DNA of 62,142 nucleotides, the filler included, from Hausera hauseri (taxonomy: Eukaryota), in NCBI GenBank assembly GCA_046269625.1. It is 12 parts of 12 records of this genome, joined end to end, with 100 filler letters (N's around TTAATTAATTAA, not from the genome) between each part and the next. Parts side by side here need not be neighbours in the genome. Positions count along the whole stretch, not along the records: positions 12,480 to 16,578 come from JBJURY010763651.1; positions 16,679 to 20,657 come from JBJURY010842968.1; positions 20,758 to 30,532 come from JBJURY010291058.1; 9 more parts are not named here. One strand, given 5' to 3'. Of this stretch, positions 12,978 to 26,495 are shown in pieces. Under the pieces are notes generated by a model. The model ran no database searches. It was not told where the DNA came from and worked only from the letters and a program-made list of their open reading frames with translations. Numbering within the stretch: position 1 is the first letter of the stretch; each line of letters starts with the position of its first letter. Made by a program: the position numbers and the translations under genes.

Positions 12978-15900
12978 AAATGTTCGCAATACCCCATGTA
13001 CTGCGTCTCTCGGATACATGAGGGTGGACAATGTTACAAACAGATGGCACAGTATTATTCAATTGGGGAGGACACTTCCTTGTGTCCAACGTGTAATATT
13101 TCAATGCCCCAATGTCCATACGCCAACTTTTATGAGTTTCAAAAACATCATCTCGGACCGTTTACTCGGTCTAAGAAGATGATGCATGTGCATTGCTCCT
13201 TGTACCCTAGGTATTGTACTAGTAAAGTGCACAACGTTGATGGTTGCCATAGTACAATGGAGCAGTACTATGGCGCCACAACGATGCACGTTAAATGGGC
13301 TTACGTCTATTCCGGTTGTTTTATAGTTGATCAAATCAACTATGAACAATTTTATAATCAGCACAAGGACCACTTTAACCAGTTTCAGAGGTCCAAAAAG
13401 GAAATATTAATGGAGGCAGCAAAAAGCAGTATTCCCTCAACAAGCAGAAAACGTCAAGCATCAACAAGTATTGACGAATACCTGAAAAGCATCAATACAG
13501 AGCATTGGCAGCAGGAGCAGCAGCAGCAGTAACCGCTCATTATTATTAAGTATGACTTAAACATATCGTACGTGGACATAAAAGTAAACAAGTCGGCGAA
13601 ATCAGCAACTCAACTGAGGCATGTATCCTCTCAAGTGCGCAACCGGTTATAAACCGAAGTGGAGAAATTCAAACACCACAACTGCAAAGTGCAATATTAT
13701 GCACTTGCAGAATTTGAGAATCTGCAGGGTAACTGGAAACAATGGTACCTGCCACATCGAGCAGTTCCATATTCCAAAGATTTCATTGACGACATAGGCG
13801 AAAAGCTGGACGAAAAAATCGCCAACTGCACTGAAAAGTCCGTGGTTGGCGAATAATAAAAATTGTCACTCTCGGTTTTATTATAACAAAGTCTAGTGAC
13901 ATAATTTGCCTATCCGGACGTTCATTCATACCGACACCTAAAGCTCAAAAGCACTCTTATGCGGTAGTGAATTTAAAAAACACGGACGATGATTACTGTT
14001 TTATTTACATTATTCTGGTGGTATTAAAATGTGACGAAATGGACAGAAATAGTGCATATCATTCAAGTCATTATCAGCAGTATTTTTTCGAATTTCAATT
14101 CGACGAAAACTGGATGCTGATGAAACTTAAAACCATTCCAACATTTGAACGGCGTAATCCGACGCTGTCAATCAACGTGTTCCGGTACAATACCATAGTT
14201 GAAATATCGGCAGACGAAGTAATTTACAAGAGTTCATATGTGGATATAATCTGTCGAAGTCGGAACACGAATGGACGCACAGTAAATTTGTTATTGTTGG
14301 AGCAGGCAGAAAAATTTCATTACGCGGCTGTAACAAATTTGGACCGACTGTTGAACATGGATCACCATCAGTTTGTCGAAAAACAAATACGTTGGAAATG
14401 GTGTCCTACATGTCCGATTGGCTTCAGATTAGAAACCACGTGGGAAAACATGTGACGCTGTGCAGACAGAATGCATCAGGACCAACAATGTACGTCATGC
14501 CAGTCAAAAAGGAGCTGCGATTTAGTGACTAGTCTAAAACGGACAGTCAAGCATATGTGATATATTCTGATATTTAGGCAATGCTACCACGGCACGACGT
14601 ATACGATCAAAAACATATTCCAATTGNNNNNNNNNNCGTCGAAATGTTGGTTGTCCCAATAAAAGCTGCAGGTCAACCGCAGTATTACATGTTTCACAAC
14701 TGAAACTGGGTGCGTGAATTCCTGCATCATGTGGAAACAATAGTTGAATTGAAAATCGCACCGAGATATCGCAATAACAGCACAAAGCCCTCGGTTTGGA
14801 CAGATAAAGATGAACGCCTGACGTTTGCAGTCACAGAGGAATGTTAGCTGTGCCACAAAATATTACCGTTTGATGCGCAGGAACGACTCATACCGGATCA
14901 CGACCATTTTACCGGTCGATACGTGGGAGCAGCATGTAATTCATGCAATTTAGCGAGGCGTGTGTGGCCATTCCTGCCGGTGATCTTTCATAATTTCCGA
15001 GGTTTTGATTGTCACCATATACTGAAATGGACGATCAACAGATTTCCGCACTGGGAACTGTCTATAATCCCAACAACAATGAAGAAGTACCTGTCCCTGT
15101 CAGCACGCATAAACCGGTTCCAGGTACACTTCCTTGATTCATTGCAATTTCTCAATGAATCACTGGCGAAGCTGGTAAATGCCTTGCCGGACGTGCCGAT
15201 AATCTCAATGCAGTTCTCCGCACATATTGCACGCAGCAAAGGCATATTTCCATATGACTTTGCAACATCATATGACCGACTCTGGACAGCAGAGGAATTA
15301 CCGCCGCGGTGGACAGGCATCACAGAACTTGGATATCATAGAGCACAAGAATCTTGGACAGAGCCAGGCTGTAGAAACATGTTGGATTACATTCTCCAAT
15401 ATCTTAAACTTGACATGTACTTATTGACCGATGTGTTCCAGGAGTTTCGGGCGAAAGCGTTGGCTGAAGATAGGCTGGAGCCACTCAACCTTTATTCCAT
15501 ACCGGGAATGAGTTGGGTATCAGCTCTAATGTCAATGGATCGACATATTGAGCTTCTGCAAGACCCGAAAATGTACCGCATGTTCGATGTTGGTATTCGC
15601 GGCGGCATGACATTTGTCAACAAGCATCAGGTCCATGCTACCGATACCACATCATTGCTGTATATTGATATTAATAACCTGTACGGTTGCGCGCTTTCGA
15701 AACCCTTGTCGTACAGTTCATTCGAATGAGTTGTCAACAGACAAGATCTGGACGGCATAATAGTCAACCTACCACAAGCACACATGGCAGGCTCAGTCGA
15801 ATACCTGATGGAGGTCGATTTTGTGGTAGTAGATTAGGTGCATGACGTTTTCGACGATTTACTGGTTTCACCAATTAGCCAATGTCCATCGGGCTCGAAG

Positions 15901-16578
15901 GTGAGAAAGGTGCTTATGACTCATAAATCCAACCAAAATTACATAGTTCATTTCGACTGTTGCAATTTTACATTTAGTTGGGTGCACGCGTCACACGGCT
16001 ACATCGCGCAATCCGATTTGAACAGGCTCCCATATTCAAGGCGTATATAGATGAAAATTCGGGGAAACGAGCCGCAGCTTGTACAAAGTTCGAAAAGGAC
16101 TAATACCAGCTAGAAAACAATTCTCTGTATGGAAAACAGTGGAGAATCTGAAAAGGCGGCTCAATGTACGCCTATGCAATAGCGAAAAGCAGTTGGTCAC
16201 GTATACGAGTAAGGCGCAGTTTCGGTGGCCAATGCACATTGCCGATGGATTGGTTGCGGTGCTGTTAAACCGACATGAAGTCGTTCTGGACCGGTCAAAT
16301 TACATCGGACAAGTGGTATTAGACCTGAGCAAATTTCGAATGTATGAGCTCCAGTATCGCGATTTGGCACGTTATTGGCAAATGTTCGACGGTTATGAGA
16401 TCAGTATAGTTGCCGGTGATATAGACAGCTTTTGTTTGAGCTGAAAAACGTCAATTGCGACAAATTGCTCCGGCAAATAATGGCAGATTGACTACTGGAC
16501 ACGTCCAACTATCCACCGGATTATCCCTTGTACAGCAGCGCGATCACCAACAAAATTGGCTGCTTCAAGGTTGAAAGT
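12978..16578 (+). pseudogene. polB: Polinton-type pPolB, copy 3, including Cys/His-rich N-terminal extension; preceded by an intron (~12876-12977)
   Basis: One broken frame runs from KCSQYPMYC through NLKNTDDDYCF, FERRNPTLSINVF, DHDHFTGRYVGAACNSCNL, FHNFRGFDCH, KGIFPYDF, YIDINNLYG and VAGDIDSF. GTAAG donor and TTCAG acceptor. Confidence 0.92.
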
Positions 16579-16909
16579 NNNNNNNNNNNNNNNNNNNNNN
16601 NNNNNNNNNNNNNNNNNNNNNNTTAATTAATTAANNNNNNNNNNNNNNNNNNNNNNNNNNNNNNNNNNNNNNNNNNNNAACATTATATAGTAAAGAATAT
16701 GAACCGAATAAACTAAAATCACTTAATCAAGATTATCTTATAAATGATGTAGATAAGTTTAGATACATTCTGCAATCAAATAAAAGAAATTTGATGTGTT
16801 TAATTTTCAATTAGGTTGTAAAGTAAGATGTAATAAACCAGATAAAAAAAATACATGATAAATATTTCATATCTCCTAAACATATTATTAAAACATTTGA
16901 TGATATTGA

Positions 16910-17560
16910 CATGGAATTCGGATTCTTCGTATATGCTTTCCTATCTACCTACGCTTAAAGATTTATTGATTTTAATATGCATCACCTTTAATTTCACCTT
17001 TTAGGATTACAAAATTAGTTTAAGCAAACAAGCACCGTCGAATTACGCAATAATTATTACATATTATTAACTTGTTGGAAAACCTTGCATTGCGCTAATT
17101 TCGATTTCTTTATAGATGTGATCAGATTGTTCCAATAATTTACGCGTGTCCGAGTTTTCGAATTAGAATATCGAATTTATTGATTTATAGTAACGTATTC
17201 GAATACATAACATCGGATTCGGATTTGGCATTCATGGGTTCATATCTAACCCCGCTTAAAGATTTATCAATTTCTGCTTCACTTAACTTAAGAATCACAT
17301 TTTGCTTAATTAGAATTATCGATTTTATATCTATATAGATCATTTTCGTGGAATACTTTTAATGGTTTCCGGTGTTTGGATACATGGGAAATCATTAGAA
17401 ATTATCAGATTCTTCCAATAGTGCTTAGTTCTATATTCGGGGCGGGGGGATATTTTCCTAATCGAATATCTTAAATCATATTCGAAATCTCCATAATCGG
17501 TTTCCTATCTGTCGCGGCTCAATGTAATATCGAATTTTGCTTCTTTAATACCAAAAAACC
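16910..17560. repeat. Diverged tandem repeat, ~280-300 bp period
   Basis: cgcttaaagatttat at ~16952 and ~17253; atcagatt(g/c)ttccaata at 17121 and 17404. Confidence 0.55.
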
Positions 17561-17980
17561 TATGTACCTTCTCCACCACTAACCTCTTCGTTTCGATATT
17601 ATTCGAAAACTATTCGATTAATTTTAATTCTAATTGCACACTTGTATAGTGCACCGTTTTTTGAAATCGATTACACCCGGTACAATATGCTAATCATCAA
17701 TATTGGAATTATTGGGAAACTGGTATTTTTGATTTGCACCCATTTGTACATGTGCAGGTGCTCTGCACTGTGCACCAATCAATGTGCATTATCGACTAGC
17801 ACTTTACACCGATCGATTTGATCAATACTGGACTGTACAGCGATCGATTATTGAAGTGTGCAAACGTACCATGGCAACGATGCCTAAAGGCACCGTCACC
17901 ATGCACATGTGCCTATTGATAGTGAACCGGATACACTATCGATTAGCGCATGTGCTTTATCCATTCTACTGATTACCACG

Positions 17981-18590
17981 GAGAAAAAGTGTAGAGTAGA
18001 GTACGGGCGTTCTAAATATGTAGAAAACATGGCTTTCGCATGTTGGGGAAAAGTGTAGAGTCGGTCAAAGATGGAAAGGTAAGCGAAAGGAAAAAAGGGG
18101 TTTATGCACGCACCAAGTGACCAATCAGAAGCAATTCGCGTGCGGATGGGTCAAATCGACAACAGTGCGGTCGGATTACCTGTGTGGCAAAAGACAAAGC
18201 CGGAAAATGCAGAAGAAAAAAAAGAACATTTTCAAGAAGCAAAATTTGAGCGGAAATGGATAGGAGAAAGTGTAGAGCGGAGTACGGGCGTTCGAATAAT
18301 GTCGAAAACATGGCGTTCGCATGTTGGGGAAAAGTGGTAGAGTCGGTCAAAGAGGGAAAGGTATGCGAAAGGAAGTCCACGCACGCACCAGTTGACCAAT
18401 CAGAAGCGGTTCGCTTGCGGATTGGTCCAATCGACAACGATGCGTTCAATGGCGCGGTCGGAATTCCTCTGTCCCAAAAACCAAAGCCGGGAAATGCAGA
18501 AGAAGAAGACGAACGTCTTCCAGGAACAAAAAAAATTTGAGCAGTAATGTATAGGTGAAGGAAATGTAGGGTGGAGTGGGGGCGGCGGCA
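17981..18590. repeat. Tandem duplication, 283-bp period (2 full copies plus a partial third), containing CCAAT boxes
   Basis: gagaaa..gtgtagag..gagtacgggcgttc at 17981 and 18264; gaccaatcagaagc in both copies. Confidence 0.85.
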
Positions 18591-19379
18591 GATTGATTTG
18601 AAGTATGGGGGTGTTAGTGAAGAAGTGGGAAGGCAAGAAAATGCGTGGTTCCAGCGCTCGCCTACAAGCGCACATGTGGAACACGTGCACGTCATGGTCA
18701 CACGTGATTCATCACACGATACGCATTTGAGTTGCATAAGTAATAATAATGAAATCGAAATAGTTCCAATATAAAAATTGTTTTTTTCAAATCGCTTAGT
18801 AATTGTAAAAAGTATTCGTTTTATTCTATTGTCAAGCATCAAATCAAGTGCAATCCAAACATTTAATAACGGACATTTCAAAGCACAAATGAACTTTGAT
18901 GTTAAATGCTAAGTCGTATTTATAAAGAAAACACGATTTGAATATGTAAGCTAATCATCATATATGCGGTGCTATATAAAATATGATTACCAGTGGGTTT
19001 TTGTTACTTCAACATTTAGCAGTTTGAACAATTGAACGACGAGTAAGGTATTAAGTTTTTTTACGCATATTAATTAAATGTTAGACCTCTTCAGTAAACA
19101 CACTATTAAAGGAATAAATAACGTAAGCATTTTGATTGATAATTTTTAATTGTTTTAATGTGATTATGTAATTAAATTAACATTACCCCATTTTTGGTCA
19201 CCAACAATTCATCACCTATCTGAGGCGGACCTTGTTGCAGACATCTGCAAATCTGGACTAACACCATTTCCCCACCTATATGACTATAACAAACATTTGA
19301 GAACAAGTAGTAGTAGTAGTAGTATATGTTAAAATCACAAAAAGCTGTCTGTCCAAAACAAAATACGTTTAGTCAGTGT

Positions 19380-19752
19380 TTACAAAAATGTTTGTAATGT
19401 AAGGCACAATAAGCCATAATGTTCGCACAATACTGTCAGTGGATATTGATAATGAAGTCGATTGTATTCAACACGATATGACGACTGTCGTTCAATTTGT
19501 GAAACAAACGATGACGGATAGTAAAATCCAAGCGGATCAAATACCTTGACGCCAAAGTTTGTAGGATGTACTTACACAGCAATCCGATGTTCGCCAGGTA
19601 ACGATGACGTGTGTGTATTGACAATGAAGCCGCCGCCGCTGTCATTAATTTGTCGTACGTCACGCGGCACACGGTCCAGTGGAAACACACTGCGAAATTT
19701 CGCATCCATGAGAAGTTTTCCGTAAGCTAATGAGTTGTATCAAGTGAGACAT
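19380..19752 (-). pseudogene. Adenain-type (Polinton PRO) cysteine protease
   Basis: Frame from 19709: MDAKFRSVFPLDRVP...FIVNTHTSSLPGEHRIAV*...VFDPLG...YQYPLTVLCEHYGLL. His, Asp, Gln and Cys occur in adenain order; in-frame TAA at 19572-19574. Confidence 0.85.
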
Positions 19753-20757
19753 TGTATAATCTTATGGGAAAGAAGCACAAGTATGTGTGAATATTATATT
19801 TTAACTATATACATCCAAAATGAAGCAAAATTTGTATAGACACAGATTCCAATAAATATTTCTGACAATTTCCTGATTTCATTGTTCATTAAACGTATTT
19901 CTTGAAATCGGATCAATATAGATGATTACAATTTTCTATAATTTTGAACTTTATTAACTTATTTAATTTTATCAACTTCGCCGATTCATAAACCATTTAT
20001 TTAAACAAATACTGACAAAATTGATACGTTTCTAACGTGCTTTGGAGCCAATAGTATGGTTCAGTCACATTTAATGAATAGTTAAGAACTGTGCTACTAC
20101 TGTACACTTATTAAGCTTATCACGAAGTAATCGGTGAAAACATTGAGCCATAGAGTGGATTAAATAGTTATTTAATTCGCTAACTAGCGACACAATTGTA
20201 AGACGTCCATAATGTACATATGCGTTACTCTGTCACATCAATTTGCCATTAAAATATGTAACATACACATTTATTTAGTACTGGATATGGCTGAAATTAA
20301 AATAAATAACAATATTGATTTTTTATTGAGTCAGGCTGACTGATTAACTGTTTTGTGAAATGAGTTTAGCACGCTACTGAACAAGCCTTTACCCTTTATG
20401 TCGCTATACTCCTCTAGGAAACTTTGGCAAAAGCCGAATATTTGATGCACATTTTTATAAATCGAATATTAGATAGAATATTAACTCGAGAAAAGTAATA
20501 ACAATTTTTCCTGTTTTTTCATATTATAAATTCTTCACGGAATTCGAATTTGTAGGAAATTCAAGCAATTGACATGATTTAGAGTACAATTTGTCTAAAC
20601 CATTGTGTTCAGAGTAATTCGCAGAAAACATTTTATAGATAACAAATAATAAATGCANNNNNNNNNNNNNNNNNNNNNNNNNNNNNNNNNNNNNNNNNNN
20701 NTTAATTAATTAANNNNNNNNNNNNNNNNNNNNNNNNNNNNNNNNNNNNNNNNNNNN

Positions 20758-23700
20758 ATTGGAGTAGAAGTTGGAATTGTATTAGGCGCAAGCGTGAAGG
20801 TGGAAGATGAAACAGAGGTGCTGGTGGAGAGAGGAAAAGAGATAGGAATTGAAGAAAAAAGAGGAGGAAATTGCGAAGCGGAAATGAAAGAGGTAAAATA
20901 CGATGTGTGAGGAGAAAGGGAGGACGAAAACTCCGAAGATAAGGAAGGTGTAAAAGGAGAAAGAGAGAGAGAGACAGAGAAGACGACGAAAAGAGGCAAA
21001 GCGGAAAAGAGCAGGAAGATGGAGAAGGCGAAGGAAAGTAGTTGGAAGGTGGTATACAAGAGGCTGGAATGATGAAAGCGGTAGATGGAGAGATTGGTGA
21101 AATCGAAGTGGTGTTTGGCAGAAGAGGTTTTGTAAAAGGAGAAAGCAAGTTGTCACCAGGGGATGGAGGAGTGTTAAAAGTCTTGAAGGTGCAAAATCGG
21201 ATGGAGAAAAAGAGGCTGAACTGTCCAAAAAAATTCAAGTAGAAGTCTTGGGAGGAAACGTAGGGAAAAGTGGATTAAGAAATTGAGCAGAGATGGAAGG
21301 TGAATTGTTGGATTGCTACGCGGCGTGTAAAGATGGTGGTGGAGAATTGGTTTCGATGGGAGACATATCGTCAATGAAGAAAACCTGCTTAGCGTTGTTG
21401 ATGTGGGCTGTTACTTCTTTGTCGTCCGTGAGAATGATGATGTTGTAAGAGTGTAAACAAATTACTTTGTAAGGGCTAACATACTGAGGTTGAAAACCAC
21501 ACGACGTCTGATTCTTCAGCCATACGAACATGGCAGTATATAAATCATTGGGTATGTAAAATTTATTTCCGTTTAATAGTCTACAAAATGAGTCGTTGCT
21601 GATCGCAACGAAGTGCCTCTGAGCCGCTTGTATGGTTTCGTCTGTAGGAATATTGTCCATCTCAGCCAGCTCGAATAATGATCTGATATAGGTGCCAAAT
21701 AATGCTTCTGCAGGTGAACAGCTTGTAGACGTAGATGGTGTGTTCTGCCAGCCAAGCAGAACGTACGGAAGGAGTGTGATCCAACTGCAATTGGACTCAG
21801 CAAGGATTTTGAGAGACGTTTTCGTTGTTCCGTGAAAACGTTCGAGAAACCCATTCGATTGGGGATGATATGGTGAGGTGTGCATGTGATTAATTTCCAA
21901 TCGATTGACAAGAGCTTTAAACAGGTTGGATTTAAACTGTGGGTCTTGGTCCGAAATGGTGTGGCGAGGTGATCCAAACCTGCTGATCCAAGTGCGGATA
22001 AAAACGTCTGCGATTGTTTCTGTGTTGGTGTTGCTAAGCGGGACAGCCTCTGGCCATCGTAAGAAACGGACCATCATTATGAGGATGAAATGATGACCGT
22101 TGTCTAAGGGTAGTGGGCCTACAATGTCAATGTGAACAGATTCAAAACGAGACGTGCAGGGAAAATAATATAGTGGTGGCTTTAAGTGCTTAGTAACTTT
22201 GTATTTTTGGCGTGCCACATACTGCCTAATCCATGCCTGCATATCAGAGCGCATCGACGGCCATACTACTAGGGGTTGTAAGAGTCGAAAAATGGCCTTG
22301 GCACCGGGATGATGCAACGAATAGATGTTGTTGAATGCTTCTTTTTGAAACGATTCAGAAAGGATGACTTTATGATTATTAGATTTGGAGGTGTCAAAGG
22401 CCACACCGTCGATGGAATTGCACGATTTAAAAGATTTAAGGATGTCAAGAGGTGGCTGGTTTTGTTGAAGTTTGGATTGAGGGAAAATTTGTGCAAAATC
22501 AATCGATCTGACCGATCGGGACAAAAAATCAGCTACTAAATTGTCGACTCCGTTTAGGTGCTTAATTTCAAAATTAAATGTGGACAAATACGATATTCGT
22601 TTCTGCTAACGTGGAGAAGACGATTTCATGGTGAGAATTTGAAGCAAGGGTTTGTGGTCCGTTTGTATTGTAAAGGTTCGTGCGGTTAACAGCTGCTTAA
22701 AGTGTTTAACGGCAAGGACCATTGCAAGCAACTCTCTGTCAAAGGTGGAATATCTTTGCTCTTGTGCTGTAAATTTTCAAGAGAAGAATTTTAATGGCAC
22801 ATTGGATCCATTTTTAACTTGGCGGAGGATAGCACCTGCAGCTGTTGTGGATGCATCCGTGGTTAAGAAGAGTTCTGCATGGGAGTAGGAATAGGCCAGG
22901 ATTTTCACGATTTTTAGATTATCTTTGAGGTGATCGAAAGCGTTGACTAGGTTGGCGGTCCACTGAATAGGCTGTTTTTTCTTGCCAGAGCTTAATGATG
23001 CAAATGGAGCGGTTAGAGTGGAGCAGTGTGGAATATGCTTATGAATAAAGTGCAAGGTTCCGAGGAAAGAACGTATCTCTGTTTATGTACGTGGTAGCTG
23101 TATGGTTTTGAGCTGTGTGATGAGCTCTGGCTGAGGTAAATGTCCGGAGGAGCTAATAACATATCCTAGGAAGTTGACCTTATGTTGGAAAATATAGAAT
23201 TTGTCCAAATTAATTTGCAAATTGTTTTGGTGCAAGCGCTGGACGATTAGACGTAAGTGTTCGGAGTGTTGTTTCGAGAAAGATGATGCAATTAGGATAT
23301 CATAAATACAGGGATAAGCAAAGTTTAAACCTAAGAGAACTATATCTATATGCCTTTGGAAGGTCTGGGAAACGCTACGGAGTCCAAATGGCATGAAAAG
23401 GTATTCGAAAAGGCCGAAATGTGTAATGACAGCCGTTTTCGGAATGTCTGATGGGGCCACCGGAATTTGGTGGTATGCTTTGTGTAAATCAATGCAGGAA
23501 AAGATGGTCGAACCATGGAGCCTGTGAAGGATGTGGTTGATTAATGGTAGAGGGTAGGCATCCATTGTTTTTATGATATTGAGTTGGCGGTAATCACCGC
23601 ATGCGCGAAAGGTACCACCTTTTTTGGAACCACATGAAATGGTGAAGACCAGTGGATTTGGATCTTCTGATTATTCCTGATCTTTCCAGTTCAAGAAACT

Positions 23701-25960
23701 CAGCCTCCACTGCCTGTCTGCAACGAGGCGATAGCGGGCGGACCTCCTGATGTATGGGTCTTTGATGTGCTGTTACTATGTGACGGAAGGTGGATTGATG
23801 TGGTATGAATGATTTGTCCTTTTGCAGCAGAGACGTTCAGGACGATGAAAATTTATCCGATGATGTAGATGCATCGTGACTGGATACAGCTGCGATATGA
23901 GTTATAGACGAGGTGCTGTGACTGGATGGTATTTTGTGCAGGATATTTGTGTTGAAGATGGTGTTTGCAGCTGTGCTATTAGTAATTGGTGCCTCGCAGT
24001 TGGCAATATCGTATTTGTCACCGTAGTAAAAATTTCTGTATATTGTATGATTATAAAAATAATTTAAATCAGAAGTCGTTTGCTTCAGTATTGACTTGTT
24101 GGAAGCGATCGCCGGAGTTGTCATCGAAATGCTGCTAATTTGATTAAGATTATTTTCGCACTTTAAGGAACATAGTTTGTAATTTACAAGTAAATTGTAG
24201 TGGGACAGAAAGTCTGGACCCAATATGGGTGTGCGTACATTGGCTTTTGTAAATTTCCATGTGAATGTGTTTGGAAAGTGTGGAAGTGTGAACATTAATT
24301 TGGTAACTCCACAAATTTGTGAAGGTTCACCGGACGCAGTGAACAGTTGCTTTTTTGAAGTGAAATTGTTTTGGATGTGTTGTGTTGGTGGCAGTAGAGA
24401 GATTGCTGCGCCGGTGTCTATAAGAAAGTTAATGTTTTGCTTTGTTGGAGTGACAACTGCTGCTTCCAACGTGAATACAGCAAAGGAATTGTGTCGGCTA
24501 TCTTTTTGCAGGTTGTTGCCTTTGCTAAGACATACTGTGTGTCCTAGCGGCGAAATCAATTTTTTGTAGTTGGTGAGTTTGGCCTACTGTGCTGTGTAAA
24601 TTTAGTAGTGTTGGTTTTATTGTGTGTATTGTAGTTACAGCCAAATAGGCATTTTTGTGCTTTTGTTCCAAATTTTGAGTGATAAATGCAAAGGATGTTG
24701 CTTGTATTAAAATCAAGGCAGTAAAATTTACAATTAATGCAGCATTTCTGAGCATTGTTACCAAATTTGTTATGATAATAGCAAATAGATGATCGCGCGG
24801 GCGAAGGCGATCGTCTTTGACGTTGATTAAATACATAGAGGAAGCAGCCCTAGAAAAACCCCGTTGAGGCAGCGTTAGGTCATTCAATTTTTCGTTTATG
24901 TTGTTAAGTGTCTTCTGTAAAATTTCATTTTCCGTGCATAATTGCGCAATTTGTTGCTGCAGCATTGAATTTTATTGTTGTTGGTTTGTTGTTAATGCTG
25001 CAGAGACAGTTGGTGTTGTTTGTGAGTGCAGTCTTTATATGCTTTGTCTGGCAATTCGGCTAGCTTGTCCAGAGTCGTGGAGTCTTCGACCATATTGAGC
25101 AAAGCTCTTATTTGAAGGGGCAACGCATTTAAGAAGTAGCGGCGAATAAGTTCTGGACTATGCTCAGATGTTACGCCAAGGGTGTTGAGGTGAGACAAGG
25201 ATGTGTGTAAGAATTCTAAAGGCTTCTGAAGGCCCATGGCGTTATCGTTGAAGAACCTTTGAATGATTGAATCGATTGAAGGCTCAGTAAGCTTGAGAAC
25301 TGCATTATAAAATTGAGTATATGGGTCAGTGTGATGAAGGATATCGATGATATTGGTAATTTTAGTTTTGATGGAAGCTGGCAAGTGGAAAAAGAGGCTG
25401 TTGGCTTTGGATAAAGAGTCGACGACGTTTTGTGATTGGAGCCAAAACTGGTGCAGTTTTAGCCAAGTTTGAGTTGAGTTTTGGCTGTCGAGGAAGTATT
25501 CTGTGCAGGGTGAATGAGTGAGGATGGTGTGTTATGTCGGGGCGTTGAAGCACTTTGTTTGGGTAAGTAAATGATGGGGATCTGTGGTTTGGTGAGTTTG
25601 TCCATGTTATCAATTGTGGGTGAAGAATTCATGCCACCACGGATAAGGAAGTGAATATGAAAGCAGACGCAAGTTGCAGAAGGTTCGAGGGGTTTAGCGA
25701 AAAGCACGGCAGATCCATTTTATGTGAGGTAGAAGTCAAGAGTGGAGTAAAGTAGAGACGTTGTGAATGGCCACGGTGTAGGTGTAGTGCTGTGTGTATA
25801 TATTTGTTGTTTAAAAAAAGGAAGATGGAGTAGGGAGAGGTGATATGCCTGGGGGTGTTGTGGGGCGGCAGCGAAAGGCGCCGCCAAACCCAATAGCAAG
25901 GGTGGGCGTCCGAAGCCATAGCCTCCCCTCGGTGGGTCCCAAATTTCGGGGTGACCGAAG
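20758..25960 (-). mobile_element. Near-complete internal region of a Ty3/Gypsy element (family B): gag, PR, RT, RH, IN; decayed
   Basis: FLIDTGA (PR), YPLPLI, IDLHKAYHQIP, MPFGL, TTDAS (RH), VHIDIVGPLP...YHPQSNG (IN). Pyrimidine-rich 3' tail; degenerate PBS-like TCGGTCACCCCG near 25950. Confidence 0.93.
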
Positions 25961-25964
25961 TTCC

Positions 25965-26495
25965 CGCATGTAGTGTGTCTTCGTCGCTATAGGTAAGAAT
26001 AAAAAACACCGCTTGTCGTACAATACGAAAATAGAACGTGATGTAATCACATGTTGGAATTTTTCTCTAGTAGACTTTTATTGGCATACTGGCCCATCTT
26101 TTCCAATAGAGACAGTGAATTATGTTTGACATTGCTATTCAGTGTCTCTTGGAAATTATTCAGAGTAACTGGCATCGACTTTTCAAGAAAGATCATTTGA
26201 ATTTGGGGATCTAACTGTTCTTCGGAATTTTTTGACTCTGTTTCTTGGAACACAGATTGGTAACATTCTGTAACAGAAAGTTTCTATATTACTTCCTGAT
26301 GATTGCTATCATTAGCTTCCTCTCAAGCTTTGTTAATCGGCAGTTTGCCGTCTTCGTCTTGCAAACGCAAACCAGCGCCGCATCGAAGCAGCATCTTAAC
26401 AACATCCGGCCCACCAAAAAAGGCTGTGCAATGCAAAGAGGATGAACGAACAACTTTACTGATATCTGCACCATGTGCACAAAGATACCCTACCA
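25965..26495 (-). pseudogene. HECTD1: HECTD1 fragment (ankyrin repeats and following ARM-like segment)
   Basis: MVGYLCAHGADISKVVRSSSLHCTAFFGGPDVVKMLLRCGAGLRLQDEDGKLPINKA and LDPQIQMIFLEKSMPVTLNNFQETLNSNVKHNSLSLLEKM closely follow the recalled HECTD1 sequence (RSSSLHYAACFGRP...DEDGKTPLDKA; DPEMAPIYLKRLLPVF...SLALIRKM). Confidence 0.8.

Noticed and set aside
4091-16578. Three consecutive polB copies as a tandem array or cluster
   Set aside because: They lie on separate contigs joined by artificial spacers, so their order carries no biological information.
18102-18881. 259-aa minus-strand ORF
   Set aside because: It runs across a tandem repeat whose copies differ by frame-breaking indels, and has no recognisable domain.
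19306-19324. (AGT)n run as a Polinton terminus
   Set aside because: It is only ~60 bp from the protease stop, with no TIR partner or TSD visible; more likely a microsatellite.
19436-19705. Listed 89-aa ORF
   Set aside because: It is a shadow frame of the adenain-like protease pseudogene.
20702-21374. Several overlapping Ser/Pro/Leu/Phe-rich ORFs (also 51290-51678)
   Set aside because: The low-complexity pyrimidine-rich Gypsy tail is open in all frames by composition.
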